Shown: positions 19,406 through 29,691, numbered from the stretch's first letter. The stretch: 64,000 nt of DNA from Candidatus Berkelbacteria bacterium (GCA_026397175.1 JAPLVK010000021.1:56989-120988); one strand, 5' to 3'. Program-made: numbers and translations. Notes: generated by a model not told the origin, from the letters alone.

Positions 19406-22296
19406 ATTTTTCTTCTCCGATTGATATCAATTCTCTGTTTAAAATTGATATCACTTCCCAAGACCTGCAAAACCACGATGGAATCTATTATAAATTTAAA
19501 GAAATTGATTTTGACGACAATATGGCTATTGATGTCTCGGTGAACGATGAGAATGGACCGTTGCCGAAGTCAACAGTTGAGGTTTCTTCTCAAGGATGTT
19601 CAGTCCTTAGATCAAAAAGCCAGATGACCAATAATGATGGCGAAACCAATTTTCTTAATGCTGATTTATTGTGGTTTTTTACTTATTTAAGATTACCGGG
19701 GAGCAAGTGTTTGCCCTATATTGATATCAAGGTTTCAAAAAATGGATATATCACTAAGGTATTAAACTATGATGTCGAGAACCTAAAAAGCGATTCGTTT
19801 AGAGTGAATGGTCAAGTGTCAATAGGAGTAACCCTTCAGAAAACAAAACCAGATCAAAAAGGCATTATTGGTACAGTACTGGATGCCGATAAAAAACCTA
19901 TTGAGGGAGCAGATGTCTATTTGTGGCGAGACAAAGCTATCGGCTTGCCATTATATCTAAAACACTCTGATTCTTCGGGTGGATTTGAATTTGGAGATAT
20001 CACGGGTGGTAACTACATTGTTTCATCATTTCATAAGGATTATTTATCGACCGAAAACAGCAGGCGATTCATAAAATTACGAACAGGTGAAGCGCAGGAA
20101 CTTGAGCTGGTTATGACTAGCTATCCTCACGATTTGGCGGAAAATATCTATTCGTTACCGGTAACTGCGTTTGAGCGCGAGACACAGACACTCGTTTCAG
20201 ATTTAAGTGTCGAATTTGATCAAGGAGGTAAATCAGAAAAGGTCTCTGTCAATTCCGGACGACTTTATATTAATGTAAAACCTGGTGCTTTGAGAGTAAA
20301 AGCTACGCGAAGTAACGAGACACTTACATCTCAAGTAGAAATCCCATCTGATTTTAATGCGTTGAGCGATACGGATAAGCAAAATATTTACGATAAACTT
20401 ACTTTTTATTTTTCTAATCTATCGCACGATACCGTTGACCGTCAAATCATAAAAGTTCTCGATCAAAAAAATCAACCGGTTGCAAATGCCCAGGTGGTTT
20501 TCTCTTATAATGACATCTTGCCTTTCTTCTTGAGTGGAAAAATGGCTGGGCAAACAAACAACAATGGTATTATCAATCTGCCAAACGACTTTCAATATGT
20601 AGATATTAACGATCTTCCGATTGCTATGTCTGTGGTCAAAAAAATAACACAGTTTAAACTCGGTCTTCTCGGGACCTTATCCCTAAAAGTCAAACGCCCA
20701 GATAGCGAAACTATCTATCCGTTTACAGAGCAAGTAAAGGGCGCAGATAAAAATTATGAAATTATTTTAAAAATTCCTGTCCTTTCTGAAAACAGTTCTG
20801 CAACCAGCCATTCTATCAATGTGCAGATCGCTGATCTAATAAAATGGGCTAGTGCAAGCGCAGACGACCTTAAGCCATTATATCTTGAGAAGAAAACAGG
20901 CAAAAATTGGGAAAGAGTTCAAATTCAGCCATCAATCCAAGAGGAGTCGATTTTAAATGGATTGTATAAAAAGCGTTTCAAATCATACCCTCATCCCGAA
21001 AAGGGAATTTATCGAGCGAGGATGGAGGGGAGCGATTACATCAGTGAGGAAAAAGTTTTTGATGATAAAGATGATTTGGGATTCTCGATCAATGGCTGTG
21101 TAAATAATGGAAATTACCATAAAGTTGATTATCCGGGAAATATATTCTTTGTTATGGGTTCGGGCGAATACACGGCTTATCAAAATAATGCAGCGCGAAA
21201 AAAACTTTTTGATAAAATTGCCGGTGACTTGTTGCTAGCCAAGAATCATTCTGTTGATGTCGGGCCATTGGTGGTAATTTGGACAGGCGATATGATCGGC
21301 ATCAATGCTTTTATGACCGACCCGGTTGCAACATGCATGGGAGTAAATAATGCAAGACCGATAAAGTTTACAAGCGAGTTTTTAGCTCTTGCCGAGAAGG
21401 GAAATATGGACTATATTATCAGCCCGGTCGTTATTCATGAGTATGGGCATCAGGTATATGAAGTTCTGAAGACCCAAAATCCGGATTTTTATAATCGTTG
21501 GGTAGATTTGTTTAAAAACATTAAGGGTTCGCAAAATAGTTGTGTGTGGGATCGTCTTAAAGAAGGGAATATTTGGTCAAATTATGTCGGCCTGGGTGGG
21601 CATCCAGACGATGACTATGGAGGTACGCTACCAGGACATGAAATGTTTGCCTCGATGTATTCTTCTTATTTTTCAATTAATTTTCATAACCGGCTTTTGT
21701 CAACAATAAATAATTATTCATCCGGAGAATGCCAGAACACTCTCGCTTATATGTGGACTTTATTTTCGGAAAATGTTGGGGAGCTTGTGAGTGGAGACAA
21801 GATTGCGTTCCAACCTTATGGTGGCGGAGTTAACCGTGCCCGATATTCTTTTTCTCAAATCAAAAGCGGAGCTTGGCGAGCGGATAGGTTTGGTGATCTG
21901 GGTTTATCCGGACAGGTTTCTGTAATGTATCAAAAATTTATCGCTCCGCTTGGAAGTAGTACTCGTACGGCGGCAATCGAAGCTAAGCTCGCGATAATAA
22001 ATAAATTTATTGATCTCAAAACGACAGGACGCCCAAAAGGAAATATTGAGGGCGTTGTGGTTGATAATCAGAACCTCAAAGTTCGTAGAGCTATCGTTAA
22101 AATCGGTCAGAAATATGCGGTTACCGATGATTCTGGCAGATTTTCGATAATTGGTATAGCGGAGGGAAGCCAGAATATATCGAGTATTATATTATTTAAT
22201 ACCGGTGGAAGTTATTTAGTTCAAAAACCTGCCGGCAAGAAGATTGTGATTCAAAAAGACAAGACGGTCTTTGTTAATATTAAAGTAGACAAGTAG
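19360..22296 (+). CDS. Large zinc metallopeptidase (HExxH) with carboxypeptidase-regulatory-like domains; lacks its own signal peptide
   Basis: VVIHEYGHQVYEV HExxH motif. CarboxypepD_reg-like segments (GTVLDADKKPIEGADVYLW…; GNIEGVVVDNQNLKVRRAIV…DDSGRFSI). TTG start with no obvious RBS. Confidence 0.55.
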   Translation: MFADATYTLIPKLNLDFSSPIDINSLFKIDITSQDLQNHDGIYYKFKEIDFDDNMAIDVSVNDENGPLPKSTVEVSSQGCSVLRSKSQMTNNDGETNFLNADLLWFFTYLRLPGSKCLPYIDIKVSKNGYITKVLNYDVENLKSDSFRVNGQVSIGVTLQKTKPDQKGIIGTVLDADKKPIEGADVYLWRDKAIGLPLYLKHSDSSGGFEFGDITGGNYIVSSFHKDYLSTENSRRFIKLRTGEAQELELVMTSYPHDLAENIYSLPVTAFERETQTLVSDLSVEFDQGGKSEKVSVNSGRLYINVKPGALRVKATRSNETLTSQVEIPSDFNALSDTDKQNIYDKLTFYFSNLSHDTVDRQIIKVLDQKNQPVANAQVVFSYNDILPFFLSGKMAGQTNNNGIINLPNDFQYVDINDLPIAMSVVKKITQFKLGLLGTLSLKVKRPDSETIYPFTEQVKGADKNYEIILKIPVLSENSSATSHSINVQIADLIKWASASADDLKPLYLEKKTGKNWERVQIQPSIQEESILNGLYKKRFKSYPHPEKGIYRARMEGSDYISEEKVFDDKDDLGFSINGCVNNGNYHKVDYPGNIFFVMGSGEYTAYQNNAARKKLFDKIAGDLLLAKNHSVDVGPLVVIWTGDMIGINAFMTDPVATCMGVNNARPIKFTSEFLALAEKGNMDYIISPVVIHEYGHQVYEVLKTQNPDFYNRWVDLFKNIKGSQNSCVWDRLKEGNIWSNYVGLGGHPDDDYGGTLPGHEMFASMYSSYFSINFHNRLLSTINNYSSGECQNTLAYMWTLFSENVGELVSGDKIAFQPYGGGVNRARYSFSQIKSGAWRADRFGDLGLSGQVSVMYQKFIAPLGSSTRTAAIEAKLAIINKFIDLKTTGRPKGNIEGVVVDNQNLKVRRAIVKIGQKYAVTDDSGRFSIIGIAEGSQNISSIILFNTGGSYLVQKPAGKKIVIQKDKTVFVNIKVDK

Positions 22297-22382
22297 TATT
22301 TGCAAACCGATTCCAGACCTGATATTCAACCAAAAAGTTGAAGTGAAATTAAGGCGTGAAATGCCTGAAATAAGATAGAAAG

Positions 22383-22420
22383 AGAAAAAGGCCGGCTCCA
22401 GCGGAGCCGGCCTTGGTGGA
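22383..22420 (-). terminator. Rho-independent terminator for the GC-rich gene 22437-22859
   Basis: On the minus strand, GGCCGGCTCC-GCTG-GAGCCGGCC is followed by TTTTTCTCTTTC. Confidence 0.75.
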
Positions 22421-22436
22421 CGGTGCGACCGACTCT

Positions 22437-22859
22437 TCATGGGCCGGTGAACTGGACACGGAAACATAGTGTCCAGATCGCTCGATCTTTATCTGCGGCG
22501 AAGATTGCGCTAATCCAGCCCTCGCGGGCCGAACCGGCACTGATTCTATAACCGCTCTCGCTGCGTTCAACCTTGAGACCGGGCGAAGCGAGAACGACAA
22601 GGGGTGTATTTCCCTCGAATAATGCCACTCCCTCGGCGGGGTACCATGTCCTGTACCATCCTGCCATCTTGATCTCAAGCTGGCCTGTAACCAGCTCGGA
22701 TTCCCCGGGATTGGAAGGTGTGCCGACCAAAATCGGGTCGGCATAGTACCCCCGTGCCCGCTCTGTCATTGGCAGCATTCTGCCGACTTGGATCCCGCTC
22801 GCCTGTGTCGTAGTTATGAAGCAGGCGAGTACGACAAAAATCATCGCGATTATCTTCAT
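22437..22859 (-). CDS. Small secreted protein in a GC-rich island (signal peptide, unknown function)
   Basis: The likely start is the ATG at 22859, 7 nt after GAGGAAG. Signal peptide MKIIAMIFVVLACFITTTQASG. About 58% GC. The ORF-track start at 22868 is a GTG two codons upstream. Confidence 0.55.
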   Translation of the reverse strand: MKIIAMIFVVLACFITTTQASGIQVGRMLPMTERARGYYADPILVGTPSNPGESELVTGQLEIKMAGWYRTWYPAEGVALFEGNTPLVVLASPGLKVERSESGYRISAGSAREGWISAIFAADKDRAIWTLCFRVQFTGP

Positions 22860-23093
22860 TTCAAACACTTCCTCGTTGGAAGATTACAGGGCAACATCTA
22901 GCGCCCTTAGAAATAAGACAGCTCATTTCTAAAAGAACAAGATAAATTACTATACCATAAAAACCCCAAAATATCAACCTGATTATAGCTTTTTGATGGT
23001 CTTAACGAAAGCTTTTAAGTCTCAAACTTGTATTTAGAAATGGAACTTGGGCTTGCATTTCAATTTGTGGTATCATATATGCGAGGAGGATAA

Positions 23094-24371
23094 ATGACCG
23101 ATGATTTAAATGTACAAAAGAAGGACGAAACCCCAATGGGGCCAAGGGAAAATGGTTTTGGTAATCAAATAAGCGATACGCCCCAAAAATCGCCACTCGA
23201 GGAAGCAAGCTCAACGCCGGATTCAGCTCCCGAAACGCCGGGTTTGGGTGTTTCTCAAAATCAAGATATAGCTGAACCGCAAGATTCCCCAAGTGACCAA
23301 ACTCCCTCCGAAGAAACCGCCCAAGCTCCCGACACCGACGAATTTTTAAAAAGTATTCTTGACGAAAAAAATCCTCCTGCCGAACCAGCCCCGAGCGCCG
23401 ATTCTCAACCGGTTTCTTCGGAGCCGCCAAAGACCGCAGAGACCCCAATCGTTCCGGAACTTCACGATGCGCCCGCACAGAACGATAATTCTATGGGTTT
23501 AAATCAGCCCACACCTCCCGAAGCGCCGACCCCTCAAGCTTTAACTCCCGAAACCCCAGCTCCAGGCGATTCTGCCTTGCCGCAACCGCCCGATCTTTCC
23601 ACACCCGATACCGGTATGGCTCAAGAAGCACCGATAGCACAAAGCCCAAACGAACCACCCCAAGAGCCCAAGATCAAAGATGAAATCGGGAACTTGGACG
23701 GAATCGTTTCAAGTCAAAAAGATAACCCAGACAAACCCGCATCAAGTGATATTTTTTCTGCTCCCAAAAATCCCGGGACTCCTAAATCGTCTTCTCTAAA
23801 ATTAATTCTTTTTGTCGGAGTCGCACTTATTGTTGTTGCTGCCGGCTATATTGGTATCAGCAAGTTATTCTCAAAACCAAGCACAACTACGGATTTGACA
23901 TCTTTGTCGGGTCAGACATCTGTGGCAGAAATTACCCAAAGTGCTACTGCAGCTATCGCGACACCCGATCAACAAAGAAAAGAGGACTTAAAGACCATCC
24001 AGCAGGCGCTTCTTAATTATTACGCTGCTCATGGGCAATACCCAATCGCAGCCGAAATTGTAATGTTGGGCACCTCGGGAAATATTCTGGAAAAGGAGCT
24101 GGTCCCGTCATATCTTAATAAAATTCCTGCCGACCCGATAGCCACCAAAAATTACGCCTATAAATCAGACGGCACGACATTCATTCTTTCGGCGGTTTTG
24201 GATGACGCGACGGATTCGGAGGGTGTCGTCGAAGGTGGACTGACTCTTTATAAAGTTACAAACTCCACAACCACAACCCAAGCGGCAAGCTCAACTGGCA
24301 CAACTGATTCGAGTTCAAGCGTAGATAATGCTTCATCTTCTACCTTGCCGACAAGCGCAACAGGCCTTTAA
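23094..24371 (+). CDS. Membrane protein with long Pro/acidic disordered N-terminal region, central TM helix and type IV pilin-like C-terminal domain
   Basis: TM LILFVGVALIVVAAGYIGI. C-terminus DLKTIQQALLNYYAAHGQYP…YAYKSDGTTFILSAVLDD resembles pilin or pseudopilin globular domains. Confidence 0.5.
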   Translation: MTDDLNVQKKDETPMGPRENGFGNQISDTPQKSPLEEASSTPDSAPETPGLGVSQNQDIAEPQDSPSDQTPSEETAQAPDTDEFLKSILDEKNPPAEPAPSADSQPVSSEPPKTAETPIVPELHDAPAQNDNSMGLNQPTPPEAPTPQALTPETPAPGDSALPQPPDLSTPDTGMAQEAPIAQSPNEPPQEPKIKDEIGNLDGIVSSQKDNPDKPASSDIFSAPKNPGTPKSSSLKLILFVGVALIVVAAGYIGISKLFSKPSTTTDLTSLSGQTSVAEITQSATAAIATPDQQRKEDLKTIQQALLNYYAAHGQYPIAAEIVMLGTSGNILEKELVPSYLNKIPADPIATKNYAYKSDGTTFILSAVLDDATDSEGVVEGGLTLYKVTNSTTTTQAASSTGTTDSSSSVDNASSSTLPTSATGL

Positions 24372-24395
24372 AATACAAGTTACAAAAGGAGCACC

Positions 24396-24956
24396 ATGAT
24401 CGCATGGATAATTATCGGAATTTTAGTTGTTATTGTTTTGTATTTGATTTTAATTTATAACTCTTTGATTACGCTCAAAACCAGATCAGAAGAGGCGTGG
24501 AGCGACATTACGGTTCAGCTAAAGCGCAGATACGATTTGATTCCGAATCTTGTTAACGCGGTTAAGGCCTACGCAAAACACGAGAGAGAACTTTTCGAAA
24601 AAGTGACGCAGGCCCGAACCGCCGCCATTTCGGCCAAAGGCATCAAAGATCAGCAAAAGGCCGAAAATCAAATTTCCGAATCGTTAAAATCAATTTTCGC
24701 CGTGGCCGAGAATTATCCCAATCTTAAAGCCAACGAAAATTTTCTTAATTTACAAGGAGAGTTAATGGACACGGAAAACAAAATCGAGGCCTCACGAAGA
24801 TTTTACAATGCGAATGTCCGCGACTTTAACATCAAAATTCAGTCATTTCCCAGCAGTATAATTGCCAATTCGTTTAAATTTACGCAAAAGGATTTGTTCG
24901 AGGTTGAGGCCTCCCAAAAAGATGTTATTCAAAATCCACCCAAAGTTGAGGTTTAG
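24396..24956 (+). CDS. lemA: LemA-family membrane protein
   Basis: N-terminal TM helix then LITLKTRSEEAWSDITVQLKRRYDLIPNLV…NYPNLKANENF, the LemA signature. Confidence 0.8.
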   Translation: MIAWIIIGILVVIVLYLILIYNSLITLKTRSEEAWSDITVQLKRRYDLIPNLVNAVKAYAKHERELFEKVTQARTAAISAKGIKDQQKAENQISESLKSIFAVAENYPNLKANENFLNLQGELMDTENKIEASRRFYNANVRDFNIKIQSFPSSIIANSFKFTQKDLFEVEASQKDVIQNPPKVEV

Positions 24957-25442
24957 ATGAAAAAAGTCCTCATTATTTTCGGGATTTTAATTTTGGCTCT
25001 AGTTGGTTATTTTACTTATCAGTCATATTCCGGCAAACCCAAGACGCCAAATATTTCGGAAAGTTTTACCGATAAGGGGTTTAGTATTTCCGGGCTTGGA
25101 AAGTCAATTGATACCGAGTATGTCAGCGACCCGATGAATTCTGATTTCGGAGTTGCAATTTATCCCAATTCGCAGCCGGCCGCAAATGTGCAATCGGCGG
25201 GCAAAGTTGATATCGGAGGTGAAAAGGCCTTAATTGGTACATTTAGGACTTCCGACTCGTTAGCCAAAGTGGTAACATTTTACACAAAACAAATGGGTTC
25301 GCAGGCGGTAACGGGGGATGTTGAGTCAAACGGTGTAACTTATAAAATTATCAAAAACCAAAATAACCAAGGCACGGTTATCAGTGTTTACACTCAAGAC
25401 AATTCAACTTTGTTTATTCTCGTCAAGCCGATTAAGACATAA
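24957..25442 (+). CDS. Hypothetical membrane-anchored protein
   Basis: N-terminal TM helix. Starts 1 nt after the lemA stop. No recognised domain. Confidence 0.4.
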   Translation: MKKVLIIFGILILALVGYFTYQSYSGKPKTPNISESFTDKGFSISGLGKSIDTEYVSDPMNSDFGVAIYPNSQPAANVQSAGKVDIGGEKALIGTFRTSDSLAKVVTFYTKQMGSQAVTGDVESNGVTYKIIKNQNNQGTVISVYTQDNSTLFILVKPIKT

Positions 25443-25557
25443 AATTTTTCTCAAATTAACTCCGGGTCTGATTTTTTTATTTGTATTAGTAAAATGCATA
25501 AGTTGACACAACCAACAAGAATTGTATAATTCTTGTTGATACTAAAAAGGGAGAAAA

Positions 25558-25800
25558 ATGAAGACAAAAACAGTCAACATATCTTTGCCAAATAAACTTT
25601 TAGAGGAAATTGACCGCAAGGCGAAAGAGGAGTACAAGAGTCGCAGCGAATTAATCAGAGAGGCAGCGCTTCAGTATATTCAGGGCCGAGATAATTGGGA
25701 GCTATTTCGAATTGATGCAGCACAGAGAGCCAAAAATTTTGGAATCAAAACCGAAGATGATGTTGAGAAAATGGTTGACTCCACGCGGAAATTTCTTTGA
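25558..25800 (+). CDS. Ribbon-helix-helix (CopG/Arc-like) DNA-binding protein
   Basis: VNISLPNKLLEEIDRKAKEEYKSRSELIREAALQYI has the beta-strand-helix-helix pattern. Confidence 0.6.
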   Translation: MKTKTVNISLPNKLLEEIDRKAKEEYKSRSELIREAALQYIQGRDNWELFRIDAAQRAKNFGIKTEDDVEKMVDSTRKFL

Positions 25801-25877
25801 AAATTCTGTTCAAATCTGGTTAAATCAAATAGAAGAGAGAAAATTTATCAATTAAATAATTAGTCAATTCAACAATT

Positions 25878-27635
25878 ATGGCGGAAAATAAAACCTGCAA
25901 ACAGTGCAAAAAAGAATTTGTCGTCACCGACGATGATCTAGCATTTTATAATAAAATCTCACCAACCTTTGATGGGAAAGTTTTTGAAATTCCCGCGCCA
26001 ACTTTGTGTCCAGATTGCAGAAACAGGCGGCGGCTCGGTGTACGGAATGTAACAAACCTCTACAAGAGGAAATGCGATCTTTGCGGCAGAGAAATGGTTT
26101 CAATGTATTCGCCCGATAAAACCGATCTAAAGGTTTACTGTTCTGATTGTTGGTGGTCTGATAAATGGAGCCATTCTGATTTTGCCCAAGATTATGACCC
26201 CAGTAAAAGCTTTATTGAACAAATTACCGAACTAAAACAAAAAGTACCGGCTCCTGCGTTGATGCATGCCGGCGATGAAAACAGTGATTATATAAATCTA
26301 GCCAATGACAACAAGAGTTGTTATTTGGTTTTTCTCTCTGGCAGAAATGAAGATACTTATTATGGTTATTGGTCGGAGGATAGCAAAAATTGCTGTGATG
26401 TTTCATACAACTCTTTTTGCGAGCTTTGCTACGAAGGAATAAATTTGGGTCGATGCTACAACGCTCACTGGGCTATTATGTGTCGCGATTGCCGCGATTG
26501 TTATTTCATCGAGGACTCATCAAATTGCTCTGACTGCATAATGTGTAGCCGACTTGCTCACAAACAATATTGTTATAAAAACAAACAACTTACGAAAGAA
26601 GAATACGAAATAATAAAAGCAGAGCTGATAGCCGGGCTCGAAACCAAGCTCGATGAATACAAAAAAGAATTTCACGAAATAGTAATTACTCAACCGAAAA
26701 AATACTCGCAAATTTTGAGATCTGAAAATTGTACAGGGGACAATATTTTCGATTCCAAAAATTGTCAACATTGTTTTATGACTTCGATGGCAGAGGACTG
26801 CAAATTTTGCTATGACTTAAATCGCGGCAAGGACTCTTATGATATAACCGGTTTTGGTATTCCAATCGAGCTTGTTTACGAATCGCAAAATGTTGGTTTG
26901 GGGTCGGGGCGTTGTGCTTTTATTAGCTTTGCTTATCAGCTCGCCGATTCTTATTATAGTGAGCACTGTTATTATTCAAAATATCTATTCGGCTGCGTTG
27001 GAGCCAAAAACCACGCTGAATATTGTATTTTGAACAAGCAGTATACAAAAGAAGAATACGAGAAGAAAGTTGCTGAAATAATCACAAACATGATGGCGAC
27101 CCCACTCCGCCCAGGCTCCGCGGGGCAGGGATGGGGTGAGTTTTTCCCTGCTGGTTTCTCTTCGTTTGGCTACAACGAAACGATGGCAATCGAATATTAC
27201 CCGATGCCCAAGGAAGAAGCCGAAAAACTCGGTTATTTTTGGTTTGAACAAAATAGCGATATTGAATTTAATGGCGTATCTTACGAACCGTTGCCAATTG
27301 AAAAATATAAAAACGATGAAACGGAGAGGCAGAAACTTTTGGGTGGAGTATTAAAATGTATCAAAACTGGTCGTCCATTTAAAATTATGCCTCAAGAGCT
27401 TCTATTTTATATCAAAAATAATCTTCCAATTCCAAAAGTGCATTGGGAGCAGAGAATGACCGACCGGCTGAATTTGATCAACCGAAATATACTCTATCAT
27501 CGTCAGTGTGACTGTGAGCAGGGTGGCCACGATCATGACGGAAAAAAATGCGAGAGAGAATTCGAGACAACCTACTCGCCAAATCAGCCAGAAAAGGTAT
27601 ATTGCGAGAATTGTTACTCGTGGGAAGAAAAATGA
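25878..27635 (+). CDS. Cys-rich protein, tandem paralog 1 (multiple CxxC zinc-ribbon-like motifs, internal repeat)
   Basis: 585 aa. N-terminal CKQCKKEF…CPDCRNRR…CDLCGRE…CSDCWW. Repeated C…C…LNKQYTKEEYE blocks. C-terminal CDCEQGGHDHDGKKCE…CENCY. Confidence 0.6.
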   Translation: MAENKTCKQCKKEFVVTDDDLAFYNKISPTFDGKVFEIPAPTLCPDCRNRRRLGVRNVTNLYKRKCDLCGREMVSMYSPDKTDLKVYCSDCWWSDKWSHSDFAQDYDPSKSFIEQITELKQKVPAPALMHAGDENSDYINLANDNKSCYLVFLSGRNEDTYYGYWSEDSKNCCDVSYNSFCELCYEGINLGRCYNAHWAIMCRDCRDCYFIEDSSNCSDCIMCSRLAHKQYCYKNKQLTKEEYEIIKAELIAGLETKLDEYKKEFHEIVITQPKKYSQILRSENCTGDNIFDSKNCQHCFMTSMAEDCKFCYDLNRGKDSYDITGFGIPIELVYESQNVGLGSGRCAFISFAYQLADSYYSEHCYYSKYLFGCVGAKNHAEYCILNKQYTKEEYEKKVAEIITNMMATPLRPGSAGQGWGEFFPAGFSSFGYNETMAIEYYPMPKEEAEKLGYFWFEQNSDIEFNGVSYEPLPIEKYKNDETERQKLLGGVLKCIKTGRPFKIMPQELLFYIKNNLPIPKVHWEQRMTDRLNLINRNILYHRQCDCEQGGHDHDGKKCEREFETTYSPNQPEKVYCENCYSWEEK

Positions 27636-29359
27636 ATAAAACATGCAAACAGTGTAGCAAAGAGTTCATAGTCGAAGATGACGACCTTGCTTTCTATAAA
27701 AAAATCTCCCCGACTTTTGCAGGCAAGACTTTTGAGATTCCAGCGCCGACTTTGTGTCCTAAATGCCGGCTGATACGAAGAATGATTTGGCGAAATGAAA
27801 GAAGGCTCTACAAAGCGAACTGTAATTTATGCAAGAAAGATATTGTCTCGGTTTATTCTCCTAATAAAAAATTTAAAATATTGTGCCGGGATTGCTTTTG
27901 GTCTGATAAATGGGATCAGTTTCAATATGTGCTTGATTACGATCTAGAAAAACCTTTCTTCGAGCAATTTAAAACTCTGATGAAAAGTTCCTACTTGGTT
28001 AATTTATATTCGACCAATTGTGAAAATAGTGAGTTTGTAAATCAAGAGATGAATTCTAAGGACTGCTATTTGTGCACCGGAGGGAATGATAATATCGAAT
28101 GCTACTATTTAGAGAGCTGTATTCACGATACGAACTGTGTTGATTGCTACGGTGTCGGTTTTTCCGAGAAAGTTTCAAATAGCGAATTTTGCACGGTCTG
28201 CTTTTCCAGTCAATATCTTTTCAATTGCCACATGTGCCATAACTGTGTTTTATGCGATGATTGCACGGGCTGCGACCACTGTTTTGGATCAAAAAATTTA
28301 CGATACCAAAAATATCATTTTTTTAATGAGCCATTGTCGAAGGATGAGTATTTCAGTAGGGTCGGCGAATGCTTAAAGAATCCCGAACAACTTGAGAAGA
28401 ATAAGCAAAGATTTTCCGAGCACAAATTAAAATATCCTTACAAATATATGCTGACTATATCCTCCACCGACGATTGTAGTGGGGATGTTTTGATGAACTG
28501 TAAAAATACTGCGAAAAGTTACTACTGCTATAAAACAGAAAATACAAAATATTCTTACATTCTCGACTCAATGAAGGATGTCATGGATATTTTATCAACT
28601 GGTACTGGGGAGCTTTGTTTTGACTGTGCCTCTTCGAGTAATATCTATGGATCATGTTTTATTGACGCTTGCGAGAAAGTGAGAAATTCATATTACTCTT
28701 TTAACTGCACTAATTGTCACAATTTATTTGGTTGTGTAAGTTTAAATCATAAGGAATATTGCATACTAAATAAACAATATTCCAAAGAAGAATATGAGCG
28801 ACGAGTAGGGCAAATTATCAATCATATGCAAGAAACAGGTGAGTGGGGTGAATTCCTGCCGATCTCAAATTCACCCTTTTGTTTTAACGAGACAAACGCA
28901 AAAGAGCATTTCAACCTTGATTGCTCTGAGGCGAAACGAATCGGATCTTGCTGGCTGGACAAAGATTTCTCATCGAAATACTCAGGACCGATTTATACCC
29001 CTAAGGCACTCTCTAATTACCTGATAGGGGAAAATCCTCAAGCAGAAAATGAAATCGCAAAGTGCTTGCAAGGGGTTTTAAAATGTAAGGTCACGGGACA
29101 ATATTTTAAGATTATTCCGCAAGAATTAGTAGCTTGTATTAAGCAGAGAATTGAACTTCCCACAGAACACCCCGACCAACGCCACAAGGAACGTCTTGCA
29201 AAATTTAACAAGATGAATCTGTATAGTCGGCAATGTATGTGCGAAGAAACAAAGCATGGGCATAACGGACGATGCAAGGTAGAATTTGAAACCACCTACG
29301 CCCCGGATCGGCCCGAGCGGGTTTATTGCGAAAGTTGTTATCAAAAGGCGGTGATATGA
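27632..29359 (+). CDS. Cys-rich protein, tandem paralog 2
   Basis: The ATG at 27632 overlaps the stop of paralog 1 (ATGA). MNKTCKQCSKEF… is collinear with paralog 1 throughout, including CILNKQYSKEEYERR. Confidence 0.6.
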   Translation: MNKTCKQCSKEFIVEDDDLAFYKKISPTFAGKTFEIPAPTLCPKCRLIRRMIWRNERRLYKANCNLCKKDIVSVYSPNKKFKILCRDCFWSDKWDQFQYVLDYDLEKPFFEQFKTLMKSSYLVNLYSTNCENSEFVNQEMNSKDCYLCTGGNDNIECYYLESCIHDTNCVDCYGVGFSEKVSNSEFCTVCFSSQYLFNCHMCHNCVLCDDCTGCDHCFGSKNLRYQKYHFFNEPLSKDEYFSRVGECLKNPEQLEKNKQRFSEHKLKYPYKYMLTISSTDDCSGDVLMNCKNTAKSYYCYKTENTKYSYILDSMKDVMDILSTGTGELCFDCASSSNIYGSCFIDACEKVRNSYYSFNCTNCHNLFGCVSLNHKEYCILNKQYSKEEYERRVGQIINHMQETGEWGEFLPISNSPFCFNETNAKEHFNLDCSEAKRIGSCWLDKDFSSKYSGPIYTPKALSNYLIGENPQAENEIAKCLQGVLKCKVTGQYFKIIPQELVACIKQRIELPTEHPDQRHKERLAKFNKMNLYSRQCMCEETKHGHNGRCKVEFETTYAPDRPERVYCESCYQKAVI

Positions 29360-29691
29360 AAAAAATTTGTAAGTAGAATGAAAAAATCCCCCGCAAGTGA
29401 GGTATATAAACCTCGTGCCGAGGATCTCTGGTACAATAATATCATAATAGAATAAAATCTTCTATGCAGATAGACATCAAAAAATTCAAGCGAATAAAAA
29501 AAAGAAGCAGTCGAGTTTTATCTTGAAATTGCGTCGCAAATAAAAAAATCCTCCATATCGGAAATCTAGAGGAGGATTAATTGGCACTTGTCTGCGGTTT
29601 ATGTTTTAACCGCGAGAGGACTAAAGCCCTCACAAGCACCATCTACATTATGGCAGAAAATAATGCAAAGTCAATAAGATAAAGGTTTACG

